Positions 1 through 8,839 are shown, counted from the first letter of the stretch. The stretch is 64,000 nucleotides of DNA from a virus (IMGVR_UViG_3300037400_004093:2591-66590), one strand, 5' to 3'. Numbers and translations: made by a program. The notes: generated by a model from the sequence alone, not told the origin.

Positions 1-533
1 TCAACCATGATCTTACCATTCTTTGAACGACCCTCAGCAACAGCCAACTTCACACCATCTTTTAAACCACTCCCCTCAACTACCCAATAGTTGATATGAT
101 GTCCCTGCTCAACAGAGATAGTAATATCTTCTTCATCCATCAGCCATAAATACTGATTAACGAATTTCTGAATAGCAGTAACATAATCGTTGTTCATCCA
201 CTTAAATGTGACAGCCTTTACAATATCTTCCTCCTCGTTTAATCCCTTAGCCGCTGACATAATGTTAATAACGCGTCTAGCAGCTTTATCTGGCAAAACT
301 AAAACTAAATTAGCCGCATAATCAGGATTAGCTTCCTTTTTGTTCGCAATCTGCTCTAATGTGTGAGCAGCACAAAGCAGAGCGCAAACTTCTCCATTGC
401 CATTCATACCCTGCTTTTCCCCAACATATCCGCACTTCTTTACCTTCTCTTCAGAAGAAGGATCGAAAATGTAACGAGCGGAAGCAGCAGTAGCAGCAGC
501 AACAACAACGATAGTAGAATTCTGATTAAACAT
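1..533 (-). CDS. hypothetical protein, runs off the window edge (weak RNase H-like pattern)
   Basis: Not in the ORF track. Hand translation from ATG at 533: MFNQNSTIVVVAAATAASARYIFDP...NGEVCALLCAAHTLEQ...LVLVLPDKAARRV...EQGHHINYW; open to base 1; GGAG upstream. Confidence 0.6.
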   Translation of the reverse strand, partial: MFNQNSTIVVVAAATAASARYIFDPSSEEKVKKCGYVGEKQGMNGNGEVCALLCAAHTLEQIANKKEANPDYAANLVLVLPDKAARRVINIMSAAKGLNEEEDIVKAVTFKWMNNDYVTAIQKFVNQYLWLMDEEDITISVEQGHHINYWVVEGSGLKDGVKLAVAEGRSKNGKIMV

Positions 534-709
534 AATAATCACCGTAACTCCATCCACGCTCGACCACGGGCAGGAGCCTTAAATAAAATATTAATAAATT
601 TTAATTAGTGCTTAAATTTCTAAATAAGCACAAGAAAACCCACAATTAACGTAAGAATAAAATAAACGCTAATTGTGGGCTCAATCTACTTATTTACTTA
701 AAGAAAGGA

Positions 710-2137
710 TTAAATAGAATCAACGATACCAGTCTTGATTCTCTTCTTTTTCTTTGGAACTTCCTCCTCAGAAATAGAATCAACGACTCCCGTCTTACAA
801 CGGACACGCTTCTTCTTGCTATTTACTTCCTCAGAATCAGTTGCAGGCTTATCGCCTACAACTTCCTCTCCAGAATTAGAAGCAGAACCGATACCAGTCT
901 TACGACGGATACGCTTACCAGTACCGTCAACAGCAGGAACAGCATCAACATCAGCAGCAGTCTTCTCAATCTTAACCTTATGCAGATCGAGCTTAAGAAT
1001 ATCTTCTTCGGATACTGTTACGCAGTCGTCCATGACGACATATGCGCACATACCCTTTCTCTCTCTGCCATTCTTATCAACGTATTCTACAGATCCAATA
1101 TTAGCAGAAGTTACTCTGCCTTTCTTAAATCTGTAAGCGTTTTCGATAAGATCACCTTTCTTATTCCCCTGTGGACGCTGGAATTCACCCACAATGGTGT
1201 CGCCTACAACGACCAAGTCGTACATAGACTTGCCATCTTTACGGAGATAAGGGATCAATGTTACCTCCTTATTAACCAACATATTAATCATCTGGTTAAT
1301 ACCGTTAGAATTACCTTTGCGTAATCCTTCGATATATACCTTAAAGATTAACTGCTTTTTATTTACAGGAGGTAACTGAATCTGTTCTGAAATTTCTTTT
1401 ATTGCCCAAGCCCTACCATTTTCATCAACCTCAATGGTAAAAATACCATCAAGATTTTCCTTTGCAACAGCATGTTTGGAATCATCTTCGGAATCAGCAT
1501 AGCCACAAATGAACTCTGCAGTATCGCCATTCTCAAAAGAACACTGGATTAGCTTATCTTTTGTGACTTTCACATCACTAAAATAAGCCAAATCGTAATG
1601 CAGTAATTCCAATCCTGCTACTACGTGAGTAGAGGAATTGATATCTGCGCCGGTAGTCTTTCCCTTAAAGGCAATGGATAAGAGCATTGCAGCTCTTTCT
1701 TCTGCCGTAAAAGCAGGAGTAATCAGACGGCAAAAGTTGGTAATTGCCTGATATCCCTTACCGGCCTCTGCCTTCGCTACTTTAATAGACTCAGAACGAA
1801 CGAATTCATTCTTTATCTTAGAGCAACGACTCTTGTCCTCCTTTTCAATATTGTTAACGGTTCTGTAAATATTGTCTACGAACCACTTAACTGCTTTGTA
1901 TTCATTAGGATACTTAGCAGCAATGGTAGCTACCAAAGGAAGTTCATTACCAATAGTAGTCTGTTCTTTGGTTATCACCTCCTTTAATGCCTTTCTAGCC
2001 TCCTCAATACCGTAAATACGGGAAGCCTGAAAAGCATCCTTTTCCATTAACTTCCCTTTACGGGTGGTAAAGGACTTTGTATCATAACGATACTCAAGAC
2101 CTTCCTTGCGGATATAACCATTTTCCAATATTGCCAT
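710..2137 (-). CDS. hypothetical protein with basic C-terminal R-x-K-T-G repeats; possible RNAP partner
   Basis: 475-aa ORF with AAAGGAG RBS, directly downstream of the polymerase gene. Confidence 0.7.
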   Translation of the reverse strand: MAILENGYIRKEGLEYRYDTKSFTTRKGKLMEKDAFQASRIYGIEEARKALKEVITKEQTTIGNELPLVATIAAKYPNEYKAVKWFVDNIYRTVNNIEKEDKSRCSKIKNEFVRSESIKVAKAEAGKGYQAITNFCRLITPAFTAEERAAMLLSIAFKGKTTGADINSSTHVVAGLELLHYDLAYFSDVKVTKDKLIQCSFENGDTAEFICGYADSEDDSKHAVAKENLDGIFTIEVDENGRAWAIKEISEQIQLPPVNKKQLIFKVYIEGLRKGNSNGINQMINMLVNKEVTLIPYLRKDGKSMYDLVVVGDTIVGEFQRPQGNKKGDLIENAYRFKKGRVTSANIGSVEYVDKNGRERKGMCAYVVMDDCVTVSEEDILKLDLHKVKIEKTAADVDAVPAVDGTGKRIRRKTGIGSASNSGEEVVGDKPATDSEEVNSKKKRVRCKTGVVDSISEEEVPKKKKRIKTGIVDSI

Positions 2138-2231
2138 AACTAAAATCTCCTTTCTTATGGCTTTAAAATTAATACATAAAGAGGAACCAAATATATCATT
2201 AAATAAATGGTTCCTCTTTATCCTCGCAGAC

Positions 2232-2298
2232 CAGTTATTATCGACATTTCAACGGCTTCTTTATCCATTTATATACACGGGAAAGGCGATACAACCTA
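2232..2298 (-). ncRNA. unidentified conserved intergenic motif, copy 1
   Basis: Shares 24-nt, 20-nt (1 mismatch) and 9-nt blocks with 5996-6058; begins about 24 nt after the polymerase stop codon. Confidence 0.5.
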
Positions 2299-2322
2299 GG
2301 GACACAAAGAACAAACTAAAGA

Positions 2323-5300
2323 TTAATATTCCTCGTCATAGTCATCCATCTTAAAGGATGGAGCTTTAACTACATCTTTATCCTTGAGATGATCCCAAGA
2401 AACGATCATGCCAAAACTCTTATCATCCAATCTTCTGGATAACAAGCCGGAAGACTTAGACAAGTCCTCGGCATAAACAATGGTTACCTTATCTCCAGTC
2501 TTAGCTGCATCGATAGTCAACTCCTGGAAGCGACGTTCACATGCAACTAAATCAGTTAATACGGCAATCATGTTTTCACGAGTTAAATTAATCTCGTATG
2601 CTGCAGTTATTACTGCATTTGCATCATCTTCGCTAACGCTGATAACGTCAACAAGATTGCACTCCACATCCTTATGAGTCTCCAAAGGAGAAACATAATT
2701 CTGTAAAGTGCGCTTCTTTCCCTTAAAAGCGTTGTTAAAGATGTGCTTCGCGAACTTTTCGTCTCCTGCTTTTAACTGAATTAAGGCCTCAACAAACTGT
2801 CCGTTAAGAACAGTTACCTTACCTACATCCAGATTAGCATTTTCGATAAAGTTCGCTAATGCAGTTAAACCGACATTGAAGTCAAACTTATTGTTAACCT
2901 TCTTAACTGGCTCCTGACCTTCATTATCAATGTAAACAGCGGTCAATCTCTTGATGCCTTCATCTACAATTTCTAATAAAGTATGGTCAGCGAAAGCTAC
3001 TGCACCATCGCCGTCGAAATCCATACCTGCTAACAGGTTCTTTAAGATCTCAATAGCTGGTACAACCAATAAGCCCTTACTAAAATGCTTTGCAGCATCC
3101 TTAACTAATCTCTTTTCAAGATCAGTTAAATCTTCGCAGTTATCTACCCTTTCTGCATACTCATGATAAGTCACAAGACGAATCTTGATCATTTCGAAGA
3201 TATGCATCTTAGGATATTTAACTGCAAAGAATTTTGAAACTCCTGCTTTTTCGGCCATAGAACATAAGCATTCTACAAAACCGTCATTATTGATTCCAAG
3301 AATTTTAGTTCCGAAATCTGCTGCTGGATCAGTAGTCAGCTTATTGTACCATCCCTTCATAGGAATGTTGACCTTCTTGAGCATGGACAGAATTCCCTTT
3401 AAAACTGTATTAATTGCAGTCTTAAACATAGGACGATAGATATCTGCCACAAAAGTAGGATCAATATTCTGAAGAACCTGACCTACATTTATATTAACAG
3501 CGCCATCATCCTCTGCCTCCACATCATCAGTCTCTTCAACTGATTCAGTTTCGCCGAACATCTCGTCAAAGATTTCAGCTACTGTTTTCTTAGAAGAGAA
3601 ATCTAATGCAGAAGGAATCCTGCCCTCAGGGATTACCCAATTGCCTTCTTCATCCTTAGAAATGACTCTAGCAACTTTCTTCTCAATATTCTTACGAATA
3701 AGAGATTCAAGATATTCCTGAGTCTTCTTTGGATTAAAGATTAAGGCAGTCTGCAACATCTGTGTGCTGGCTTTTGAACCATGAGCCACATCGTGACATT
3801 CATGAGTCATATCCAGCATATTAACACCGCTCTTAGTTTTCAGGTCATAAGTAGCCTTTAAACCATTAAGGTCAGTAAAATACTGCAGAAAACCATTTGG
3901 CAAACGGGTAATATCATACTCTCTGCCAGGGACACAACCAAAACCATGACTTAAAGCCCAATCAGCAGAAGGTACAACAATAACTAATTTCTTAGCATAA
4001 GCACCCTTCTTACCCTTGGACTTCACAGAAACGTTAAACTCATTCTGCTGTTCCTCCGTAATAGAATCACGGAATAATACAACGAACTTGCCACCACGAT
4101 TCTTTAACATAGTTTCGATGTATCCCTTCTTACGGGTAAGTGCCATTACCTTAGACAACCATGGACGACACTGAATGCCGACACCATTAACTGCCCATGG
4201 AGCAATTAAGTACTTACCACCTAACTTTTCAGTAAAAGCTTCAGCGATAAATTCGTCACTGAAAATGGCACGACCATCGAAGGATTCATCTTCTCTAGTC
4301 TTACCATTTAAGAGTGTCTTACCTAACTTCTCCTTACCCATGAAATAGCACACACATTCTAACTCTTTCAGATAGACAGAAGGAGCCTTATATGCACTAA
4401 GTCTGGTAATTAACTGAGCAACATCCTTATCGGTATGATCGTCAGTATCATCCAGATTCATAGTTACGGCACCGAAAGTACACTCATTCCATCTTTCATG
4501 TACCTTCTTAATACCAGCTTCGCCGCCACGATAGCCTGGGAAGCTACCGTCATGTTTCTTAGTCTGGGAAGCAGAGCTGGTTACACCTCCGCAGACTGGA
4601 TCATTATAGATCCAAACATGATTATGAACTTTGTTTTCTGCATTGAATACGATATTTCTATCTACTTTTTCAGCAGTAAATAAGTCCATCAACTTGCCAT
4701 CCAATCCTTCATAGAAAAATGGTGACAAAACTTCTTTATCCTCGGCAAGTCTTACATTTCCTTCGATATGGTATAACTTAGTATAACCATACTCAGGATT
4801 TTCTTCAGTACCTCCTTTCTTATAGCGCAGATGATTAAGAGCTTCTGCATCCTCAATCGTAATATCTACAATTTCAGATGTATATCTCTCAAACAATCTG
4901 GCAGTACCACCGATAGAAGTTGGAACATATGCTGGTGCAATGTCTAACTTATCGGTTTCTATGTTGGATACCTGCATCATTACAGATCTCTCAACCTTAT
5001 CTTTAGTAAAGAGAAGATGAGTGATATAGTAAGATGCAGGCTTAGACATAAGACTAGAGCGTAATCTTTCAACCTGGTCAATCTTCTGAATCAGTTTCAA
5101 GTTCTTCTCAGAAGCAAGTTCGATCCACTTATCTACAATACTAACCTTATTAATAGGGGTAGCAGCACCAATGGAAGTCTTAATATCTACCTGTGTACCA
5201 ACGAATTCAGGAATATTATATACTCTGGTTCCATTAGCTACAGCATAGATCATATGACCGTCAGCGATAACCGCAAAAGCTTCCGCCCCGATGTTGCTAT

Positions 5301-5517
5301 TAACAACATGCTGAGCCTTAACTACATCGATAGCCTTAATAGCCATCTTGTAGTTCGCTAATGCAGCAACAGCAGCTTTACGAGCAGAAGCCTGCTTCTT
5401 TGCGCGCTTAATTAAAACACGCTTCTTAGCAATTTTTGCCTCCGCTTCCTTAGCAGTCTTGATCGCATACTTTACGGATACGATATCGTTAACCTTACCC
5501 CATACTAACTTATTCAT
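2323..5517 (-). CDS. single-subunit two-barrel RNA polymerase, YonO/cellular RdRP-like
   Basis: Catalytic LAGMDFDGD plus QCRP, KYPKMH and TIDAAKTG in the order of the RdRP-family motifs (QIR, RxP, DxDGD, VDxxKTG); GGAGGAGG RBS. Confidence 0.85.
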   Translation of the reverse strand: MNKLVWGKVNDIVSVKYAIKTAKEAEAKIAKKRVLIKRAKKQASARKAAVAALANYKMAIKAIDVVKAQHVVNSNIGAEAFAVIADGHMIYAVANGTRVYNIPEFVGTQVDIKTSIGAATPINKVSIVDKWIELASEKNLKLIQKIDQVERLRSSLMSKPASYYITHLLFTKDKVERSVMMQVSNIETDKLDIAPAYVPTSIGGTARLFERYTSEIVDITIEDAEALNHLRYKKGGTEENPEYGYTKLYHIEGNVRLAEDKEVLSPFFYEGLDGKLMDLFTAEKVDRNIVFNAENKVHNHVWIYNDPVCGGVTSSASQTKKHDGSFPGYRGGEAGIKKVHERWNECTFGAVTMNLDDTDDHTDKDVAQLITRLSAYKAPSVYLKELECVCYFMGKEKLGKTLLNGKTREDESFDGRAIFSDEFIAEAFTEKLGGKYLIAPWAVNGVGIQCRPWLSKVMALTRKKGYIETMLKNRGGKFVVLFRDSITEEQQNEFNVSVKSKGKKGAYAKKLVIVVPSADWALSHGFGCVPGREYDITRLPNGFLQYFTDLNGLKATYDLKTKSGVNMLDMTHECHDVAHGSKASTQMLQTALIFNPKKTQEYLESLIRKNIEKKVARVISKDEEGNWVIPEGRIPSALDFSSKKTVAEIFDEMFGETESVEETDDVEAEDDGAVNINVGQVLQNIDPTFVADIYRPMFKTAINTVLKGILSMLKKVNIPMKGWYNKLTTDPAADFGTKILGINNDGFVECLCSMAEKAGVSKFFAVKYPKMHIFEMIKIRLVTYHEYAERVDNCEDLTDLEKRLVKDAAKHFSKGLLVVPAIEILKNLLAGMDFDGDGAVAFADHTLLEIVDEGIKRLTAVYIDNEGQEPVKKVNNKFDFNVGLTALANFIENANLDVGKVTVLNGQFVEALIQLKAGDEKFAKHIFNNAFKGKKRTLQNYVSPLETHKDVECNLVDVISVSEDDANAVITAAYEINLTRENMIAVLTDLVACERRFQELTIDAAKTGDKVTIVYAEDLSKSSGLLSRRLDDKSFGMIVSWDHLKDKDVVKAPSFKMDDYDEEY

Positions 5518-5573
5518 GATTAATTCCTCCTCCTATTTGACGCATAGGTGCGAAATTTTTAATGATTACACCA

Positions 5574-5602
5574 TTGATTTTCCTTAAATAATATGGTATA
5601 AT
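5574..5602 (+). promoter_or_regulatory. sigmaA-type promoter with extended -10, antisense to 5690-5869
   Basis: TTGATT-17 bp-(TG)TATAAT. Confidence 0.65.
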
Positions 5603-5689
5603 CTTCTTAGCTGGTATTTTATTATAGCCTAAGGAATATGGGCAGATGAATAGCAAGAATTCATCCACCCATACCTTTGAAAGCTAAAC

Positions 5690-5869
5690 TTACTCTTTCG
5701 AGCCAAACTCCACGATGAGAGAGAAGACCTTAGCTATCCTTGCTTCGATCTTAAGTGTTCGCTTTGTTTTCTGCGTTGCTTCTGAAGCCATCTTGACTAC
5801 GATACAGATTACTCCGCATATCGTTACGAGAAACAACAGGACATAAAACGCTACAATTGTCTGGTCCAT
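5690..5869 (-). CDS. 59-aa single-TM membrane peptide, type I toxin-like
   Basis: GGAGG RBS before MDQTIVAFYVLLFLVTICGVICIVVK followed by a basic tail; the track start at 5956 has no RBS. Confidence 0.65.
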   Translation of the reverse strand: MDQTIVAFYVLLFLVTICGVICIVVKMASEATQKTKRTLKIEARIAKVFSLIVEFGSKE

Positions 5870-5938
5870 AAAGGAATACCTCCAGAACTTCGATAGAAAA
5901 TAAACGGCACTAAATTTAAGGTCGATAGCTAGACCGTG

Positions 5939-5983
5939 AAGAGAGAGATTAAACATTGCGCGCTTACTCTCTCTCTTTTTTTT
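5939..5983 (+). terminator. intrinsic terminator closing the antisense transcript
   Basis: AAGAGAGAGA...TCTCTCTCTT stem followed by a T-run. Confidence 0.55.
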
Positions 5984-5995
5984 GCACCAAAAAAG

Positions 5996-6058
5996 CAGTT
6001 ATTAACGGTATTTCAACGGCTTCTTTATCCATTAACAGGGGAAAGGTGATACAACCTA
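5996..6058 (-). ncRNA. unidentified conserved intergenic motif, copy 2
   Basis: Near-copy of 2232-2298, about 19 nt after the stop codon of 6078-6851. Confidence 0.5.
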
Positions 6059-6077
6059 TAGCAGAACAGAAACAGAT

Positions 6078-6851
6078 TTAAATGGAATCTGTTTCGACCG
6101 CATTATTTAATAATGCATCGAGATCGTCCATTTCATCTGCATCTACAGCATGAGTCTTTTCAAACTCAGCTGCTTTTGCTTCCTCAACAGTGTCATAGAC
6201 ACCGGTGCTCATACGAGCACGTTTTGGAGCCTTCTTAGCTGTCTCCTTCTTAGGAGACTTTTTTGCTTCCTCCTTTTTTGGTTCAGGAGCTGGGGTGGAA
6301 GCTTCCCCCTCTAATTTCTGGAGAATCATATTCATACGATCCTCCAGAGTATTAATCTTAATACCCTGTTCTTTTACCTCCTTTCTTAATTCATTATTTT
6401 CATTTTCTAACTTAGAGCATTTGCTCTGCCATGTTGCAGCAGTCCTCTTCTGAGTTTCCACCTCCTTCTTCAAAGCTTCCTCTCTCTTCTGGGCTTCTAC
6501 CCGGAAAGTCCCGTAATTCTGTTTTACGATAGCCAGCTTCTTCTCCATTTCAGGATCTGGCTTAATCACCTCCTTAATGACTTCCTTTTCTACAGGAACT
6601 TCCTTAATCACCTCCTTTTCGATAACTGTGTTACGAGGAGTAATAGTACGGGTGTACTCCTCTAAACCAGCCTCCTTTCTTCTCTTATTTGCCTCTTCGT
6701 GCAGGGTAACTGCCTTATCCATTAAGCAGTCACCTGCGTTATAGCAGACATTTGCGCTCTTCTCGCAGACTACGGAGACCTGCTCCTTGAGAGCACCTCC
6801 GATAATTACACCTACGTTAAAAGCAGACTTAAAAGAATCAAAATTAAACAT
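6078..6851 (-). CDS. coiled-coil protein with Lys/Pro-rich tail
   Basis: 257 aa, AAAGGAAG RBS, heptad-rich centre, RMSTGV motif and C-terminal DSI. Confidence 0.7.
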   Translation of the reverse strand: MFNFDSFKSAFNVGVIIGGALKEQVSVVCEKSANVCYNAGDCLMDKAVTLHEEANKRRKEAGLEEYTRTITPRNTVIEKEVIKEVPVEKEVIKEVIKPDPEMEKKLAIVKQNYGTFRVEAQKREEALKKEVETQKRTAATWQSKCSKLENENNELRKEVKEQGIKINTLEDRMNMILQKLEGEASTPAPEPKKEEAKKSPKKETAKKAPKRARMSTGVYDTVEEAKAAEFEKTHAVDADEMDDLDALLNNAVETDSI

Positions 6852-6976
6852 AGTAATACTTCCTTTCTGAGCACGACGGCTCTTAAAAAATTTAAAATAA
6901 ACTTATAAACTGCTGTCGATGTATTATAATACCCATCTCAGGTGTTTAACGTGAGTTAACAGACCCCACGAATGCT

Positions 6977-7084
6977 CTGGACTTGTGACCAGCTTTATCT
7001 TATATTTTTCCTTCCTATATAATAAGGAAGAAAGATAAAGGTGCATTAATATCTTTTTTTAATCTTTAAAGATACCACTCTGCA
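6977..7084 (-). ncRNA. twister ribozyme A (P5-type permutation)
   Basis: Minus strand reads UGCAGAGUG-P1 hairpin-U^AAUGCAC-P3 hairpin-CUGGUCACAAGUCCAG; pseudoknot GUG/CAC; predicted cut between 7048 and 7047. Confidence 0.85.
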
Positions 7085-7086
7085 TA

Positions 7087-7116
7087 TTGACAAGCATATA
7101 AAGGATATGTTAAAAT
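7087..7116 (+). promoter_or_regulatory. sigmaA-type promoter, antisense to 7180-7335
   Basis: TTGACA-18 bp-(TG)TAAAAT. Confidence 0.6.
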
Positions 7117-7179
7117 AAAACAAGGAAAAGTGGGGCAACACCCGACAAGTGTTACCCCTGGATACCAACGCCGAGACGT

Positions 7180-7335
7180 TTAGAGAGCTAGTATTTGTCT
7201 CAAAATCTCAACTATAGCTGTGGCTGCAGCCGTTTTCAGGATTTCCCAGACACCAGAGGATATAAGAGATACCAGCTCCCATATCTTGTCTCCAATGCTT
7301 TCTTTTCTTGCATGCCTTCCGGCTTTCCTCGACAT
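7180..7335 (-). CDS. 51-aa amphipathic/hydrophobic peptide, type I toxin-like
   Basis: GAAAGGAA RBS before MSRKAGRHARKESIGDKIWELVSLISSGVWEILKTAAATAIVEILRQILAL; GGGGTAACAC/GTGTTGCCCC hairpin downstream. Confidence 0.6.
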   Translation of the reverse strand: MSRKAGRHARKESIGDKIWELVSLISSGVWEILKTAAATAIVEILRQILAL

Positions 7336-7410
7336 AGAGGTTATTCCTTTCTTGTGGGAAGAATAAGCAAAATGCCAGTGGTCCACAACCAACTGGCACG
7401 TCTCCGGCAT

Positions 7411-7444
7411 AAATAACCCTTATCTAACAAGGGTTATTTTTTTT
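7411..7444 (+). terminator. intrinsic terminator
   Basis: AAATAACCCTT/AAGGGTTATTT perfect stem plus T-run. Confidence 0.6.
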
Positions 7445-7461
7445 GTTTTTTAAAAATATCA

Positions 7462-7490
7462 TTGATTATGGTTTAAAACAATGATATAAT
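7462..7490 (+). promoter_or_regulatory. sigmaA-type promoter inside an inverted repeat, antisense to 7562-7783
   Basis: TTGATT-17 bp-(TG)TATAAT; ATATCATTG...CAATGATAT inverted repeat. Confidence 0.65.
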
Positions 7491-7561
7491 AAAATACAGA
7501 ATCAGAGAAACGGAGCCGGGAACTCCGCTCTCCTATCTGTGTACTGGGATCAACTCGGCAA

Positions 7562-7783
7562 CTACCACTGCTCAAGATCCGTATGTTGAACAGCAGCGAG
7601 CTTCTCATCTGTCAGCAAGTTATAGGCTTCTAACCCTAATACGTTACGGTCAATGGAGATCTGTCTATCCCGACAAAACACGTACATAGCTTCTTTCAGA
7701 CTTCTCGCCTCAAGTACATCTGAGTCGTATTGGCCATTGACATAACCGCCGACCCAGTATACTTCATATGTCTTCTTCTCCAA
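7562..7783 (-). CDS. small hypothetical protein, paralog of 9205-9387
   Basis: 73 aa, GGAAG RBS, KKxYEVxW and A-x-S-x-x-E/D-A patterns shared with 9205-9387. Confidence 0.65.
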   Translation of the reverse strand: MEKKTYEVYWVGGYVNGQYDSDVLEARSLKEAMYVFCRDRQISIDRNVLGLEAYNLLTDEKLAAVQHTDLEQW

Positions 7784-8062
7784 TGAGCCACTTCCATTCT
7801 TGACGAAATCCAGTGCGCATCACCTCCTTTCATGGTCGTAAAACGCGGAGAAGAGACGGTTAACAATAAGTGCTTAACTAAGAGCCCCAATGCTCCCATA
7901 GGTAAGTACTTATTGTTTTTTATTCCCCGTCATGCCGATAGGACAGCACATAATTAATATTCTGCTTAAAATAAATTAAATAAGCATTATTAAGGGCACT
8001 ACCAAGATATTTCTAATCCTGATAGTGCCCTTCCTTAATAATTATTTAACTTTTTATTCAGT

Positions 8063-8362
8063 TTAGAAGTTCAATACCTCCTTTAAAGTAGGTGCGGTAT
8101 CCTTCATGATCTTCACTTTTATTTTCTGGCCCACCTTTAATGAGCCAATTTCTACATTATTATTTTCCAAGGTAAAATCCTTGGATAAATAATAATCATA
8201 GTTTTCAATCCCTCCTTCCTCTGCCGCTCTTACAATGAGTGTTTCCAGGCATTCCCCCGGATGAACCACCATCTCGGTGGTTGCTACACACTCATAATGT
8301 GTATAGCAATTAAAGATTACAACAACTAATGCAACTACAACAATAATAATATTCTTAAACAT
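8063..8362 (-). CDS. membrane-anchored LysM-like protein (YneA-like architecture)
   Basis: N-terminal hydrophobic helix, then VVHPGECLETLI...NNNVEIGSLKVGQKIKV; AGGAGG RBS. Confidence 0.55.
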   Translation of the reverse strand: MFKNIIIVVVALVVVIFNCYTHYECVATTEMVVHPGECLETLIVRAAEEGGIENYDYYLSKDFTLENNNVEIGSLKVGQKIKVKIMKDTAPTLKEVLNF

Positions 8363-8393
8363 GATAATTTCCTCCTAAAAATTGTATTAAATA

Positions 8394-8423
8394 TTGACAA
8401 ATGGAGGAATCTCATGTTATAAT
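8394..8423 (+). promoter_or_regulatory. sigmaA-type promoter for a short RNA ending at a terminator at 8480-8511
   Basis: TTGACA-18 bp-(TG)TATAAT; AAGAGAGAGAA/TTCTCTCTCTT plus T-run about 60 nt downstream. Confidence 0.6.
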
Positions 8424-8644
8424 AAACCCACGTTTTGATGGATTTATGTTTAACATGACTAATTCCTCCATTAAACGATAAGAGAGAGAACCAGAACTTC
8501 TCTCTCTTTTTATTATTTAAATTTTTCCGAAAGCCTATATCGGAGTCAACGCCTCTCAAAAATAAATATCATATAGCGATTTTAATATGATATGAAGGTT
8601 TACAGTCTATACGCCTACAACTTTGTCAGCTATTTATTATGCAA

Positions 8645-8839
8645 TTATTTTTCAATAACTACATAGTAGCGACCGTCATCAAGACGGCCCTGTGCTACAA
8701 TTTTGCCACCACCACCAGCCTGACGCATTGCATCAAGCTTTGCAGCTCTGTATCCCATAGCTGCATTATGATTCTGAGCAGAACCATATCCTGTATACTG
8801 AGCAGCTAATGCCATAACTAAAACAACTACCTTTTTCAT
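8645..8839 (-). CDS. small secreted or exported protein
   Basis: GGGAGG RBS before MKKVVVLVMALAAQ (signal-like), Gly-rich; 64 aa. Confidence 0.6.
   Translation of the reverse strand: MKKVVVLVMALAAQYTGYGSAQNHNAAMGYRAAKLDAMRQAGGGGKIVAQGRLDDGRYYVVIEK

Noticed and set aside
363-608. Plus-strand ORF with an SSSSSSNNN microsatellite-like run
   Set aside because: It is the reverse complement of VVVAAATAAS codons in the real minus-strand gene starting at 533.
735-4683. Plus-strand ORFs over the polymerase region (735, 980, 2157, 2480, 2951, 3185, 4435)
   Set aside because: Antisense shadows of long minus-strand genes, with no RBS or motifs.
7195-7416. Plus-strand ORF downstream of the promoter at 7087
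   Set aside because: TTG start without an RBS and an implausible Cys/Arg-rich translation; the transcript is better read as antisense RNA.
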